From the NCBI GenBank assembly GCA_043803815.1, contig JAZDJR010000025.1, positions 1-31,613 on the forward strand: a DNA stretch of 31,613 nucleotides, given 5' to 3'. The notes beneath the pieces were generated by a model. It saw only the letters and a program-made list of their open reading frames with translations. It made no database searches and was not told the origin of the DNA. Shown in pieces: positions 17,525-26,969 of the stretch; position 1 is the stretch's first letter, and each line of letters starts with the position of its first letter. A program made the position numbers and the translations under genes. The stretch comes from Candidatus Micrarchaeota archaeon. GTDB taxonomy: Archaea; Iainarchaeota; Iainarchaeia; Iainarchaeales; JAGVWC01.

Positions 17525-18199
17525 ATGAAGCTTTTTTTGGTGCGCAACGGTGAAACGCTCTGGAACCACGAAAACCGGCTGCAAGGCCACCGCGACAGCC
17601 CCCTGACAATAGACGGAAAAAAACAGGTTCAACAACTCGCGGAACTGCTCAAAAGCCAAAAAATCGACGTGGCCTATGCGAGCGACCTTGGGCGCGCAAT
17701 CGACACCAGCCGCGAAATCCTAAAACTGCATCCCAAAGTCGCCTTGATTCAGCGAAAAGAACTGCGCGAACGAAGCCACGGAATCGTTGAAGGATTAACG
17801 CAAGCCGATGTGTTCAAAAAATACCCCAAATTGCAGGACGAGCGGATCAAAAACAAGTTTTTGTTCAAAAACCCCAAAGGCGAAAGCTATGCCGACACTT
17901 TGGAGCGATTAAAACCGTTTTTGGACGAACTCAGGCAAAAACATTTTTCGCAAAATGTTCTTTTGATTTCGCACGCCGCCATTAACAGAATATTGATGGG
18001 CATTTGCCTGAATCTTTCCGAAGAAAAAATCCTTGAAATTCACCAGCCGCACGACTGCGTTTACGTCATTGAAAACGCGGATTCAAGCCCAAGCGTCAGC
18101 CAAATCACGCCCAGCGGCGTTCAGGCCGAATTGTTCAAGCGAAACCCCAAGCAAAAACCCGAATTCGAAGAAGACGACGCGGGGTTTGACGACGAATAA
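17525..18199 (+). CDS. Histidine phosphatase (phosphoglycerate mutase-like) family protein with RHG changed to RNG
   Basis: LFLVRNGETLWN...QG..DSPLT, ASDLGRA, LRERSHG, GES, LISH. Confidence 0.9.
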   Translation: MKLFLVRNGETLWNHENRLQGHRDSPLTIDGKKQVQQLAELLKSQKIDVAYASDLGRAIDTSREILKLHPKVALIQRKELRERSHGIVEGLTQADVFKKYPKLQDERIKNKFLFKNPKGESYADTLERLKPFLDELRQKHFSQNVLLISHAAINRILMGICLNLSEEKILEIHQPHDCVYVIENADSSPSVSQITPSGVQAELFKRNPKQKPEFEEDDAGFDDE

Positions 18200-18211
18200 G
18201 TCAAAACAGGC

Positions 18212-19924
18212 TTACCGGCCTTCATCGCTTGTTTTTTCCCGCAGCACTTTCAAATATTCCTGCTCCAATAAGGACGGCTTCGGCTTTTTTCCCGTGGTCA
18301 AAAAGTCGCGGATAATTGAAATCGTATAATTGCTGGCCATTACCTGCGGCATTGCGACAAAATCAACGCCTGCGGAATACAAATCAAGCGCTTCGGAATA
18401 ATAATGCGCGCGCCCGACAATCGGAGTCTGCGGCGCGAATTTTTTAAACATGCGGACCAGTTCAATCGCGGTTTTGGCGTGCGGAACCGTAACCACAATC
18501 AGGCGCGCCTTTTGAAGGTTCAGCTTTTCCCAAACCTCGTGATTATACCGCGACGCGTACACCGCCGCCATTCCGTTTTTGTTCAAATGCGCAACCACCT
18601 GCGGGTCGGAATCCACGACCACAACCGGCGCCTGCTCCGCCAATCCGAACGCAAGATTGCTTCCGAACATTCCCGCTCCCGCAACCACGATATGGCCCGA
18701 CATTTCGCGTTCGGGCAATTGCTCAAGTGTGGACAGCCGGCGCTCGAAAAAACGGTTGTGCATCGGAATAAAGCGCAGCAAAAAACGGGCGAACGAATCC
18801 GAATATTTCATCATGTACGGCGTTGCAATCATGGAAATCAAAATCGTCCCGACCGCAAGGTTATACACCGGCTCGGTTATATGGCCCAGCTTGAAACCCT
18901 GGCTTGCCAATATGAATGAAAACTCGGAAGCCTGCGCCAAGGCAAAACCGATAAAAATTGATGCCCGCAAGCCGAACCCCGCGTACAAATTAATCAGCGC
19001 AAAAATCAGGGGATTCAAAACAAACACAACAGCCAGCATGACGCCCAATATCAGCCAGTTGGCAGACGCGGGAATCAAAGTCAATTGCAAACCTAAAGAA
19101 ACAAAAAAAACCGTGGCAAACAAATCGCGCACGTTTCGGATAATCGACTGGGCTTCCAGATTAAACCGGATTCTTCCCAAGGCAAGGCCGCCGACAAACG
19201 CGCTGGCGGCCAAGGAAAAATTCAGTAAAATCGACGTTTCGGCAAAAACAAAAAAACTCGCCATAATCGTCAGGTAAAACAATTCTCCCGTGCCTGCCGC
19301 CGCGCCGGTAATAACCGGAAAAACAAACCGGCTCAACACCCAGGCGAGCACAAACAAAAACAGGAGGTTAAGCAAGATTCCCGCGAACAACGCCGGGTCG
19401 GTTAAGGCGGCGGGATTGGCCAAAACCGGCAAAACCAAAACCGCAATCAGGTCCTGCACCAAGGCATAGCCCACGATGAGTTTTCCTTCCAGCGAATTCA
19501 ACTGCTTTTGGTCGGTTAAAATTTTGACCACGATTACGGTGCTTGAAAACGCGACAATAAAGCCGATGTAAAGCGATTCCACCAAAGCCAGGCCGAAAAA
19601 CTGCATCAGCCCCGACACCAAAACCGCGGTCAAAATCACCTGCAAAATGCCGCCGATTACAATGGTGCGCTTAAATTCCCACAATTTGGAAAAATCGATT
19701 TCCATTCCGATGCCAAACAGCAAAAACGCGACCCCAAGTTCGGACAAAGCGGAAATCGTCTGGAAATCGGACACCACACCCAAAACCAAAGGCCCCAAAA
19801 TCAGGCCCGCCACGATATAGCCCGCAATCAACGGCTGCTTGAGCTGCCTAAACACGAACGCGAACAAGGTTCCCGCCAAAACAATCAGGCCCAAATCCGA
19901 CAACAACACGAGTTCAGCAACCAT
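18212..19924 (-). CDS. Kef-type (CPA2) cation/H+ antiporter with C-terminal RCK/TrkA-N domain
   Basis: About 12-13 TM segments, FSSTVIV, QD, FFVSLG, QASEFSF, Rossmann GAGMFG. GGTGA Shine-Dalgarno before ATG 19924. Confidence 0.92.
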   Translation of the reverse strand: MVAELVLLSDLGLIVLAGTLFAFVFRQLKQPLIAGYIVAGLILGPLVLGVVSDFQTISALSELGVAFLLFGIGMEIDFSKLWEFKRTIVIGGILQVILTAVLVSGLMQFFGLALVESLYIGFIVAFSSTVIVVKILTDQKQLNSLEGKLIVGYALVQDLIAVLVLPVLANPAALTDPALFAGILLNLLFLFVLAWVLSRFVFPVITGAAAGTGELFYLTIMASFFVFAETSILLNFSLAASAFVGGLALGRIRFNLEAQSIIRNVRDLFATVFFVSLGLQLTLIPASANWLILGVMLAVVFVLNPLIFALINLYAGFGLRASIFIGFALAQASEFSFILASQGFKLGHITEPVYNLAVGTILISMIATPYMMKYSDSFARFLLRFIPMHNRFFERRLSTLEQLPEREMSGHIVVAGAGMFGSNLAFGLAEQAPVVVVDSDPQVVAHLNKNGMAAVYASRYNHEVWEKLNLQKARLIVVTVPHAKTAIELVRMFKKFAPQTPIVGRAHYYSEALDLYSAGVDFVAMPQVMASNYTISIIRDFLTTGKKPKPSLLEQEYLKVLREKTSDEGR

Positions 19925-19990
19925 TCCAATCACCAAAATAAGAATTCCTGAATTTAAAAAAACTCGTTTTGGGGAAAGAAGACATTACCG

Positions 19991-20023
19991 CTATTTTTTC
20001 TTCCACTTGACCTTGGGGTATCC
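19991..20023 (-). repeat. Diverged copy of the cysS 3' end
   Basis: GGATACCCCAAG----GTCAAGTGGAAGAAAAAATAG versus cysS GGACACCCCAAGCGGTGTCAAGTGGAAAAAAACATCGTAA (20102-20063). Confidence 0.7.
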
Positions 20024-20062
20024 GTTTTGGTAATCCATACCCTCCAACGGCTTTGGGATTCC

Positions 20063-21469
20063 TTACGATGTTTTTTTCCACTTGACACCGCTTGGGGTGT
20101 CCAACAATTCAATGCCCTGTCCGGCAAGGCGGTTTCGGATTTCATCGGCTTCTTTCCATTTTTTTTGCTTTCGGAATTCCTCGCGCTTCAAAACCAAGGA
20201 TTCGATGTCCGACGAAAGCGCCGCTTGTTTTTGAATGCCAAAATCCAGAATCGACAATACGGAATCCGCTTTTTTAAAGGCGTTTAACAGCTCTTCGGCG
20301 TCATTTTTCCCGATTTTTTCCGTGTCCAGCAATCGATTCGTTTTTTTGGAAAAGTCAAACAACGCGGCCAATGCTTTTGGCGTGTTCAAATCGGAATCCA
20401 TAGCGTCTTCAAACTGCCTTAAAAAACCGGAAGCGATTTTTTTGGCTTTGAGATTTACAACACCGTTTTCGCCTTGCTTTTCCAGCAGGCGCTGGATGGT
20501 TTCATTCAGTTTTTGGCGGGACTTGTCCAGCTTTTGCAGTTCCCCGAACCGGAAATCCAGCTGTTTGCGGTAATGGCCGAACAATAACGCCATGCGAATC
20601 GAAACCGGGGAAAATTGCGCCAAATCCTCCAGGCGGTAAAAGTTTCCCAAAGACTTGCTCATTTTTTGGCCGTCCACCAACAAGTGCTTGCCATGCAGCC
20701 AGTATTTGGCCAATGGTTTTCCCGTAGCGCCTTGGGATTGCGCGATTTCGTTTTCATGGTGCGGAAACATATTATCGATTCCGCCCGCATGAATGTCAAA
20801 AGTCTCGCCCAGATATTTCATGCTCATGGCGCTGCATTCGATGTGCCAGCCCGGCCTTCCTTTTCCCAAAGCGGTTTCCCAAAAAACATCGCCGTCGTCC
20901 AATGTCCAGCTTTTCCACAAGGCAAAATCCGCGGCCGACTTTTTTTCATACTCGTCATTTTCAACGCGGTTGCCTGCTTTGAGTTTTTTGAGCTTGAAAT
21001 GGGACAACCGGCCGTAAGCCCTGAATTTTTTAATATTGAAAAAAATGTTCCCGTCATCCGTTTTGTAAGCCAAACCGTTTTTCATCAGCTTTTGAATCAA
21101 TAAAACCATGTCGGAAATGTGGGCAGTGGCTTCGGGATAAACATCCGCGGGTTCAATGCGCAACCGCTTTAACTCGTCAAAAAAAATGAGCTTGTATTTT
21201 CTCGTGACTTCGTCCAGCGGCTTTTGCTCGGTCCTGCTGACCTTAATCGTCTTGTCATCCACATCCGTCAAGTTCATGACGTGTTTTACCTCGAATCCCT
21301 TGAATTTCAAATAGCGCTTCAAAACATCTTCCCAGACAAAGGCACGCCAGTTTCCGATGTGAGGCGTATTGTACACGGTCGGGCCGCAGGTATACAAGCC
21401 GACGGTTTTGCCGTTTAACGGCTTGAATTTTTCGATTTTTCGCGACAGCGAATTATACACGCGAAACAT
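20063..21469 (-). CDS. cysS: Cysteine--tRNA ligase
   Basis: [43 protein letters not shown] at 21469. Confidence 0.99.
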   Translation of the reverse strand: MFRVYNSLSRKIEKFKPLNGKTVGLYTCGPTVYNTPHIGNWRAFVWEDVLKRYLKFKGFEVKHVMNLTDVDDKTIKVSRTEQKPLDEVTRKYKLIFFDELKRLRIEPADVYPEATAHISDMVLLIQKLMKNGLAYKTDDGNIFFNIKKFRAYGRLSHFKLKKLKAGNRVENDEYEKKSAADFALWKSWTLDDGDVFWETALGKGRPGWHIECSAMSMKYLGETFDIHAGGIDNMFPHHENEIAQSQGATGKPLAKYWLHGKHLLVDGQKMSKSLGNFYRLEDLAQFSPVSIRMALLFGHYRKQLDFRFGELQKLDKSRQKLNETIQRLLEKQGENGVVNLKAKKIASGFLRQFEDAMDSDLNTPKALAALFDFSKKTNRLLDTEKIGKNDAEELLNAFKKADSVLSILDFGIQKQAALSSDIESLVLKREEFRKQKKWKEADEIRNRLAGQGIELLDTPSGVKWKKTS

Positions 21470-21621
21470 ACGGTACAAAAAATAGAAATTGGATTTTAAA
21501 AAACCGTGGTATGGCAAAACCAATACGATTACAAATGGAATGCGCCAATTTATAGTTTTTTTGCCCTATTGCTTGCTTAATTACAAGCGACTTTCAAAAA
21601 TCGGCATTGGAAGAAAATCAC

Positions 21622-22728
21622 ATGAAGTCTCGAACTCGGCTCAAATCATTTGGCGTTTCAGGCACTTTTCTGGACGATACCCATAACCCTTCTTTTGAAT
21701 CGGCCGATGTCGCCGTATTCGGCGTTGCTTTTGACGCCACGACATCCTATAACACGGGAGCCCGATTTGGGCCATCAGCCATTATGGCGGCTTCGCACCA
21801 GATTGAATTTGAGATTCCCGCAATCGGAATCTCGCTGGCCAGCCGAGTCAAAATTCACTCGCTCGGCAACTTGGAATATTCGCAAAATCAGACCGAAAAA
21901 AAACGGGGCACTCCAAAAACCGCCGCGCTTACCGCTCGCATGGTCCATGAGGTTCAAACCCTTGCCGAAAAAATTTTCCGCGAAAAAAAACTGCTTGTCG
22001 GATTCGGGGGCGAACATTCGGTTTCCAACGGCATTTTTCGTGCGATGGCCAAACAATACGTGCCCAAAGACATCACCATTGTGCATTTTGACGCCCATCT
22101 TGACATGCGGGACGCATGGGATGGATTGCAATACAGCCACGGCTCGGTCATGCGGCGGTGCCTTGAAAAAGGCTTCCAGACCGTGCATATCGGCATCCGC
22201 GACCACATCAGCGAAGAAGAAGCAAAATTCATTAAAAAAACCGGGCTGGCCAACCGGATTTTTCCCTGTGCCACCATGCCACAGGCATATTATGGCAAAA
22301 AAAACAGTTCTTTTTTGCGAAAAAATTTTGTTTGGAACGGACGCATTACAAAAGAACTGACAAAAAAAATCTTGCCGCAGATTCGCACCCCTTACGCATA
22401 TCTCACCATTGATGTGGACGCCTTTGACCCCAAGGATTTTCCGGGAACCGGAACCCCCCTGCCGTTCGGCCTTGATTTTTCCTCAACGCAGGACTTTTTG
22501 TTTGAATTGATTTTGCACCTGAAAAAAAACGGGGTTTGCCTGCTGGGTTTTGACATTCAGGAAACCGCGCCACAACTGCGCCGGCCGGTAAAAAACTATG
22601 ATGCCCGCGAAACCGTTTCCACCAAAACCGAAATGAATGCGGCACTTCTCATATACAAATTATTGCTCTGGCATTTTTTGGAACGGTTCTCAAACCCAAA
22701 AAATCCGAAAAAAGTGAGACAATTATGA
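21622..22728 (+). CDS. speB: Agmatinase / ureohydrolase family protein
   Basis: GARFGP, GGEHS, HFDAHLD, SHGS, TIDVDAFDP, GTGTP binuclear-metal motifs. Confidence 0.88.
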   Translation: MKSRTRLKSFGVSGTFLDDTHNPSFESADVAVFGVAFDATTSYNTGARFGPSAIMAASHQIEFEIPAIGISLASRVKIHSLGNLEYSQNQTEKKRGTPKTAALTARMVHEVQTLAEKIFREKKLLVGFGGEHSVSNGIFRAMAKQYVPKDITIVHFDAHLDMRDAWDGLQYSHGSVMRRCLEKGFQTVHIGIRDHISEEEAKFIKKTGLANRIFPCATMPQAYYGKKNSSFLRKNFVWNGRITKELTKKILPQIRTPYAYLTIDVDAFDPKDFPGTGTPLPFGLDFSSTQDFLFELILHLKKNGVCLLGFDIQETAPQLRRPVKNYDARETVSTKTEMNAALLIYKLLLWHFLERFSNPKNPKKVRQL

Positions 22729-23444
22729 ATCCAACGCCTCGATTCAGCGATTTTTGCCTGCTGGAATTAAACCATTTAGCAAGAGCCGACATAGCAGAGG
22801 CTGTTCAAACGCATCGGATTGAAAAAGCCCAGCAGCAACTGCAGGAGCGCCAGGATTTTGCAAAAAAAGTGATTGACACGGAAACCAAGCCTGGCGATAC
22901 AATTATGCTGGAAAGCCCTGAACCCTGGACTTTTTCGCGATTCAAAGAAGTCTTTAAGGGCTCAAAAAACGAGTGGGTTTGGGATGGAATCATGCGCGAT
23001 TCCCTCAACTTTTATTTTGACTTGGCGGAGTATGCAAAAAGCAAAGGGAGAAAAGTCGAATCGCTTGAATCCGGATTGCACCAGCCGGAAAGCAAACTGG
23101 TATACGCGGCGGCACGCGGACACGAATTCGAACCCGAAACAAGGGAACGATTGGATTATCTTACAGTATATCGGCGGGACTTGTCTTTTCCGAAAAAAAT
23201 CGCGGCAACAAAACCCAAACGGGTTATTGCAACTTTTTTTCACGCGGTATCAATTGAAGATGCTTTGAAACCGCGCCGCGCCGTCTTTTTTGACCGCGAG
23301 CTTAATACGCCGCAAATAAAATCAAAGATTCTTCGCATAAAGCAAAAAGCCAAGGCAGAATATTTAAACAAAAAAAGGAAAAGAAGACAAATTGCCTTGC
23401 AAAATACCAAATTCAAACCCGTTCGGGGATTCCGCAAACGCTAA
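22725..23444 (+). CDS. Hypothetical protein, possibly a degenerate TraB/GumN/EreA-like fold, with a basic tail
   Basis: 239-aa ORF coupled to agmatinase by an ATGA overlap. Pattern H...KPGDTIMLE...AKSKGRKVESLE...RRD...IATFFH. Confidence 0.6.
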   Translation: MNPTPRFSDFCLLELNHLARADIAEAVQTHRIEKAQQQLQERQDFAKKVIDTETKPGDTIMLESPEPWTFSRFKEVFKGSKNEWVWDGIMRDSLNFYFDLAEYAKSKGRKVESLESGLHQPESKLVYAAARGHEFEPETRERLDYLTVYRRDLSFPKKIAATKPKRVIATFFHAVSIEDALKPRRAVFFDRELNTPQIKSKILRIKQKAKAEYLNKKRKRRQIALQNTKFKPVRGFRKR

Positions 23445-24493
23445 AGATTGTCCAAATATTGGGCCCATTCCCGTTTGGGGCGGTTTTTCCAGTTTCCGCG
23501 GTGATACGCCGCGCTGACAATCAATGGAAGAACCGTTGTGGCCTCGGCATACACCATCTGCTCAAAAACCGTGTCAACCTTTCCCCACGAACTGGCTTCC
23601 TTAAGGGTTGAACTTGAACAGGCGCCGTCGCGCACATCCGCCACGGTAATCTGCACGGCATACTTGTGCACGGGAACATTTTTTCCCAATACTTCGGCAC
23701 AGACCACGGTATCCTGCGCAAAATTCTTGGGCACCCCGCCGCCAATCATGAAAAGACCGCTGATGGGGGCAGCCATCTTGATTTCAGTCAGCTCGCGAAG
23801 ATCCTTGACCGAATCAATGGAAACCGAAGGACTCTTTTTTTTGTTGCGCTCGACCTGGTGCATAACCAAGCCGAAACCCGCGCTTGAATCGGAAAAAGCA
23901 GGGCAAAAAATCGGAACGTTATGCTCGAAAGCGGCCTGCACAAGCGAATCCTTTTTTTTGGAATTCTTGACCAGGTAACGGCCCATTTCTCGGATGAATT
24001 CGCGCGAAGAATACGGTCTTGGGGAAAGCGCATCCGCAATTTTCTTTACGGCCTGGTCGCAGCCCTGAAGCTCTTCCTCGTCAATAAAAGTGTCGTAAAT
24101 CCGGTCAATGTAAAGGCTGCGCAAAAACTTGTCGTCAATCGCGGAGGTTCCCTTGTAATGCTTAAAACCAAGCGCTTCAAAAAAATCCATGTCCACAATC
24201 GAGGCGCCGGTTGCAACAATCGCATCCACCATATTGTTCTTGACCATGTCCGCATAAACCTGCATGCAACCGGCCGCGCTTGTGCTGCCTGCGAGCGTTA
24301 GGATGATGGTGCAATCCTTGTCGGATAGCATGCGCTCCAAAATCTCGCTTGCCCGCGCGGTGTCGCGCGCGGAAAACGACATGCCGGCAAACGCATCCAT
24401 TATCTGCGATGCGTCAAACGATTTGACGTCGATATGCCGAATGGGCTCTGATAACAATTGTTTTTTTGACGCTTTTTTGGAATCGGAACCCAT
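23441..24493 (-). CDS. Deoxyhypusine synthase family protein, bacterial-like subtype
   Basis: VDAIVATGA, IDRIYD, VPIFCPAFSDSSAG, IGGGVPKNF, DGACSSSTLKEASSWGKV (catalytic Lys), AEATTVLPL. Confidence 0.93.
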   Translation of the reverse strand: MGSDSKKASKKQLLSEPIRHIDVKSFDASQIMDAFAGMSFSARDTARASEILERMLSDKDCTIILTLAGSTSAAGCMQVYADMVKNNMVDAIVATGASIVDMDFFEALGFKHYKGTSAIDDKFLRSLYIDRIYDTFIDEEELQGCDQAVKKIADALSPRPYSSREFIREMGRYLVKNSKKKDSLVQAAFEHNVPIFCPAFSDSSAGFGLVMHQVERNKKKSPSVSIDSVKDLRELTEIKMAAPISGLFMIGGGVPKNFAQDTVVCAEVLGKNVPVHKYAVQITVADVRDGACSSSTLKEASSWGKVDTVFEQMVYAEATTVLPLIVSAAYHRGNWKNRPKREWAQYLDNL

Positions 24494-24715
24494 AACAAAA
24501 ACACCCGCTTAGCCTAAAAATTGTTTATAGAAAACTTTGATTATCCGTTCTTTTTTTAATGCTTGATTAAATTTGGCCGATTTTTGGCGGTTTGAGTTCT
24601 AACCCGGTTGTTTCTTATGCCCGATCGGAGCCCCGCCTCAAAGAACACACCCAAAAACGGTTATAAAACAGGGCAAAAAACTAAACCTTGCAAAAAAAAG
24701 GAAAGCGGTTTTGGA

Positions 24716-24874
24716 TTATAACTGGATGAAAAATTTTTCCTTGCAGCCAATTGAGCAAAACCTTCGACCGTACAGGTCTTTGGGGTTGAGAATTTCCTTT
24801 CCGCATTCCATGCATTTCCACAATTTGGGCAATGCGAAATTCGGCGCTCTTTGATGCAATTGCAGCTGAACCAT
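24716..24874 (-). CDS. 52-aa zinc-binding (TRASH/MYM-like treble clef) protein, below the ORF-track cutoff
   Basis: Translated by hand: MVQLQLHQRAPNFALPKLWKCMECGKEILNPKDLYGRRFCSIGCKEKFFIQL. CxxCG...FCSxxC pattern, AGGTGGT Shine-Dalgarno, TATACT box at 24938-24933. Confidence 0.75.
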   Translation of the reverse strand: MVQLQLHQRAPNFALPKLWKCMECGKEILNPKDLYGRRFCSIGCKEKFFIQL

Positions 24875-24993
24875 GAACCCACCACCTGAATACAATAGAG
24901 CTAATATTCAATAAAAATAGGGCGGTTCAAAAAGTATATTCACCGTACAGCGTAAACAAAAAAACGGGGTTTAATCCGACAAACGGCGTTTTT

Positions 24994-25206
24994 TCAGTTT
25001 TCCGGCTCTTTGGAACCGGCCAGCCAAAACTTTTTGTCGCGCTTTTTTTCCGCGATTTCTTTTTCAATGTCCTCGCGGCTTTGCCGTTCTCGCTCCCCTA
25101 AAATCGTTTTCATTCGCTGCGCATCTTTTTCAGAAGAGCAATCCTCGCACAAGCCGCCGCGCAAATTCCGGCGTTCGCCGCATTTTTTGCAATAATCAAA
25201 GACCAT
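24994..25206 (-). CDS. Small zinc-finger plus coiled-coil protein
   Basis: CKKCG...LCEDC then a charged helix, GGAGG Shine-Dalgarno. Confidence 0.7.
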   Translation of the reverse strand: MVFDYCKKCGERRNLRGGLCEDCSSEKDAQRMKTILGERERQSREDIEKEIAEKKRDKKFWLAGSKEPEN

Positions 25207-25275
25207 TTACCAACATTTCCTCCAAAACCATTTTAAGGCTTGGTTTGCCGACAAACCGGCCGAAAAAGAAAAAAC

Positions 25276-25905
25276 TCAGCGGAAATAAAAATATTTGACG
25301 AAGAAAAACCAGATGGCCAAAATAAACAGGGTCACAATCGCGTTTTTGAACAGGCCCGCCTGATACAGGTCCGCAACCAAAAGATAAACCAGGTAAACCA
25401 TCCAAAGCGCCAGCAATAATGCCACAACCGCCAGCACCAATCCCACATTTTCGTTTAGCGCGTCGGGATTTTGCTCCACAATCGAATTAACCGCTACCGC
25501 AAACTGCTCCTGCGTGATTTCCCCGTTTTGCAATAAGCGCCCCTGTTCCATCACCGGAGCCGAAACAAATACGGGCAAAAGCAAAAAACTCGCGACGAAC
25601 AACAAAATCAGCACAATCCACACCAAGGACAAGGCGGAACCGATGCTTTTGAATTTTCCAGAAATAAAGCGTCCCTTGACAAGATACAACACGAGATAAA
25701 TCACAAGGCACAAAAAAAGCCAGTTAATGACCGAGCGAGCCAAAGACAAAAAAAAGCCGGTGAGATTAACCGAAAAACCCAGCAATAGGGTTCCGGCCGC
25801 GGCCGCAAACGCCGGCAATAAAACCAGGACAAAAGCGGCCTGCAAATTCGGGCGGTCAACGCACGATTGCACGCTTTTTTTGGGGGTTAAAATATTGAAT
25901 TGCAC
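25276..25905 (-). CDS. Yip1-like multi-pass membrane protein
   Basis: N-terminal ILTPKKS pattern, about five hydrophobic helices, GKF loop. Confidence 0.65.
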   Translation of the reverse strand: MQFNILTPKKSVQSCVDRPNLQAAFVLVLLPAFAAAAGTLLLGFSVNLTGFFLSLARSVINWLFLCLVIYLVLYLVKGRFISGKFKSIGSALSLVWIVLILLFVASFLLLPVFVSAPVMEQGRLLQNGEITQEQFAVAVNSIVEQNPDALNENVGLVLAVVALLLALWMVYLVYLLVADLYQAGLFKNAIVTLFILAIWFFFVKYFYFR

Positions 25906-25945
25906 GGTTTGGCCTTTACCTATTGGTTTTTTGTTTTTTTTAATA

Positions 25946-26914
25946 CTATTTTTTGAATTGCTTTCGAATCGGCTCCAAAATGACGTTCAATTCGCGGCCA
26001 ACCGCGTTTTTGAGGTCCATAGGGTGCAGTGTTTTGGCCAAAAATGCGGAGTTTAGCTCGTCAAACGATTCGAACTCGGTGTTTCCGCCGAACTTTTCGG
26101 GGCGTTCAATCCTGAATTTCTTGATTCTTGGAAAAACGACGAGTTTGGTGATTTCCAATATGGGGTTGTTTTCCGCCACGCCTTCGGGGCAATACGCTTT
26201 CGCGATTTTTTTGTTAACCTCCTCGGAAGAATCGCGGATTGAAATCATGGAATTGGGAATCGACGAGGACATTTTTTGGCCCTGACCCGTTAACGCGTTA
26301 ATCAGCGGCGTATGCACAAACGATACCTGATGATAGCCGATTTCGGAAAAAGTTTCGCGGCCCAGCATGTGGATTTTGCGCTGTTCAAGCCCCGCTTCGG
26401 CAAAATCGACTTCCAAATGCTTCATGTCGCAAATCTGCATCAAAGGATACACGGCCTGCGAAATCGCCGCGTTTTCCGCGTCGCGCGCGACTTCCTGCAT
26501 CGAACGCAAGCCGCGATTAATCGTGGTAGCCAGCGCCAAGCGCAACACATCGCTCATGTAATCCTTGTGCTGTTGAAAACTCGTTCCCACCACAAACTCT
26601 GTTTTGTCCAAACCTGCGGCCTGAAAACCTTTCTTCCAGTTTTTGGTTTGTTCGACAATAAAATCCCAGTCGCCTTTTTTGTTGAGCCACGCGTGCCAAT
26701 CCGCGAAGAGAACTTTTACTTTGCAGCCGGCGTTTTGGCAATCCAAGAGCTTTTGCATGGTTACCAAGTGGCCCAAATGAATTTCGCCCGACGGCTCGTA
26801 ACCGCAGTATACCGCCGGCGATTTTTTGGTTTCAAACAACCGGCCGATTTCAGGTTCGGTAATAAACTCCGCGGCATTGCGTTTCACCAGCTCCAATCGC
26901 GACTCCAAATCCAT
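25946..26914 (-). CDS. tyrS: Tyrosine--tRNA ligase, archaeal type
   Basis: YCGYEPSGEIHLGH, ADWHAWLN, YPLMQ, EQRKIHML, KMSSS, RPEKFGG, LHPMDLK. GGTGA Shine-Dalgarno before ATG 26914. Confidence 0.98.
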   Translation of the reverse strand: MDLESRLELVKRNAAEFITEPEIGRLFETKKSPAVYCGYEPSGEIHLGHLVTMQKLLDCQNAGCKVKVLFADWHAWLNKKGDWDFIVEQTKNWKKGFQAAGLDKTEFVVGTSFQQHKDYMSDVLRLALATTINRGLRSMQEVARDAENAAISQAVYPLMQICDMKHLEVDFAEAGLEQRKIHMLGRETFSEIGYHQVSFVHTPLINALTGQGQKMSSSIPNSMISIRDSSEEVNKKIAKAYCPEGVAENNPILEITKLVVFPRIKKFRIERPEKFGGNTEFESFDELNSAFLAKTLHPMDLKNAVGRELNVILEPIRKQFKK

Positions 26915-26969
26915 TGTTTTCACCGGTTTTTTACAATAACATTAAATTAACGCTTTTTGTTTTAAATAC

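Noticed and set aside
18404-19277. Plus-strand ORFs (171 and 232 aa) opposite the antiporter
   Set aside because: Typical stop-poor antisense frames of a hydrophobic gene
19991-20038. Mini-ORF MDYQNGYPKVKWKKK downstream of cysS
   Set aside because: GGAGG lies only 2 nt from the ATG; better explained as part of the cysS 3'-end duplicate
21650-22360. 236-aa same-strand ORF overlapping agmatinase
   Set aside because: Alternative frame of a well-supported gene, with no recognisable features
24661-24911. Track ORFs 24661-24885 and 24681-24911
   Set aside because: The third frame (24716-24874) has the ATG, SD and a coherent zinc motif
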